DNA of 62,992 nt, filler included, from Asterionella formosa (taxonomy: Eukaryota), in assembly GCA_002256025.1 (NCBI GenBank). It is 21 parts of 21 records of this genome, joined end to end, with 100 filler letters (N's around TTAATTAATTAA, not from the genome) between each part and the next. Parts side by side here need not be neighbours in the genome. Positions count along the whole stretch, not along the records: positions 61,807 to 62,992 come from NKIB01003806.1; 20 more parts are not named here. One strand, written 5' to 3'. The notes under the pieces are model-generated. The model had not been told where the DNA came from. It saw only the letters and a program-made list of their open reading frames with translations, and did not search any database. Position 1 is the stretch's first letter, and every line of letters starts with the position of its first letter. The position numbers and the translations under genes are program-made. Positions 61,707 through 62,992 of the stretch are shown here, piece after piece.

Positions 61707-62268
61707 NNNNNNNNNNNNNNNNNNNNNNNNNNNNNNNNNNNNNNNNNNNNTTAATTAATTAANNNNNNNNNNNNNNNNNNNNNNNNNNNNNNNNNNNNNN
61801 NNNNNNGCTAGTAATAAAATACCAACATGCTCAGTGTACCTGAGGTAGCCCTTGTATTTAGCTTAGATGTGTAGTGCAGTTGTTGTGAGCAGCTGGAGAA
61901 TCCTGCATCATGCCTTTGCCATTTTTACAATGACGAAAATAACAAATTTCTCCATGGAAAATGAAAAAAATGCTACCAGTATGCTGTTGGGTAAATATAT
62001 ATAACACAACATAAATGATACAACTATAAAAAATAATTGTTATAACACTAAGATTGACAACGGAAATTGAAGTTCTTGCAGATGGCGCATTTCTTCGTCA
62101 TGTAGGTAAGCGATGCACAAATCAAAACAACAAAGTTACAATGGCCAAGATTTAGCGCGCACTTTCACAGCATACAACATGCTACACTGATTTACAATAT
62201 CAATGATAGTCCATTGATATTTTAAAAATAACTCTTTTGTTTATGAGTACAGATCCAGTTGTTGACTA

Positions 62269-62350
62269 CAAATGACTAGAAATTTGCTGACAATGACTAG
62301 AATTTGCTAGTTATTAATAGAATTTGCTGACTACGACTAGAAATTACTGA
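62269..62350. repeat. Minisatellite of about 21 bp (gactagaaatttgctgacaat), degenerate x4
   Basis: Read directly from the sequence. Confidence 0.7.
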
Positions 62351-62992
62351 GCAATTTGTGAACTCTAGAACCAAACCGTCTTCCAGTTCCTGAATACTAT
62401 CACCCGTAGAAGTAGTTGAACATGATTTCGATGCTCAGAAGATGACTTGGATTTAATGAATGATGATTTAACGGCATAGAAAGATACTTAAGAGAGTTTG
62501 GAATGGAAAGTCAGCCTAACCCTTCCGGTAGACATGGGACAAATCATTGGGAGTGAGTCAAAAGTGAAAGAATGCTCATAAAACGTGCAAGAAAAAAAGC
62601 TTAGATTATGCGCATCTTTTGTATACATTTAAAGACTACCGGTATGGATACAACATAGTGAGTACCAGGTATTCCCGGTACCTGCTGGTACACATGGAGC
62701 AGTCCTCCTGACATATGGAAATTTTTGCTCCGGTACATCGTCTACAGACACGTCATGTAGGCCAAAAGGTATTTAAGAAATTTTTCATGGGAATCCCAAC
62801 TTGCTGCTCCAGTCTGCCTCGAAACATGATGATGGATCAAAGATACACCCAAGTCTCCATTGCCAAGATTATTTCCTATTCTAGCCTTCCATATGTCTTC
62901 ATGTTGCACTAATCGCAAAGTGAGCCTACTTCAGAAAGAGGACATACATATCATTAGAGGACATTCCAGCAATGACAGTTGACAATCAACAT

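Noticed and set aside
19222..61806. Regularly spaced TTAATTAATTAA as a CRISPR-like array or cassette system
   Set aside because: Always embedded in fixed-length N runs; it is an assembly linker.

Overview
Eukaryotic nuclear DNA, most likely from a diatom (inferred from short GT-AG introns of 74-113 nt, bipartite plastid-targeting leaders, and diatom-type copia and Plavaka-like repeats). The window is not contiguous. Two scaffolds of about 19.2 kb (1-19221, 32218-51406) and nineteen contigs of about 1.19 kb are joined by artificial 100-nt N/TTAATTAATTAA/N linkers, so adjacency across linkers has no meaning. Scaffold 1 holds a sulfotransferase-like gene, a PPR protein, a PMCA-type Ca2+-ATPase with a frameshift and an in-frame stop, and a decayed Ty1/copia element. 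Scaffold 2 is gene-dense: a BtaA-BtaB betaine lipid synthase, a divergent Mpo1/DUF962 + HxD..H + PEMT tri-domain membrane protein, a plastid aldo-keto reductase, a DHHC palmitoyltransferase, a Cys-GST, a YafJ-like amidotransferase and exocyst Sec15. The best candidate for an undescribed system is the divergent pair of betaine lipid synthase and tri-domain oxygenase-methyltransferase. Their intergenic region carries six GAATCT (PSR-type) boxes, suggesting a phosphate-starvation betaine-lipid module that may include a head-group-modifying enzyme. The small contigs are mostly transposon fragments and truncated genes, including a stray PGRL1 fragment.
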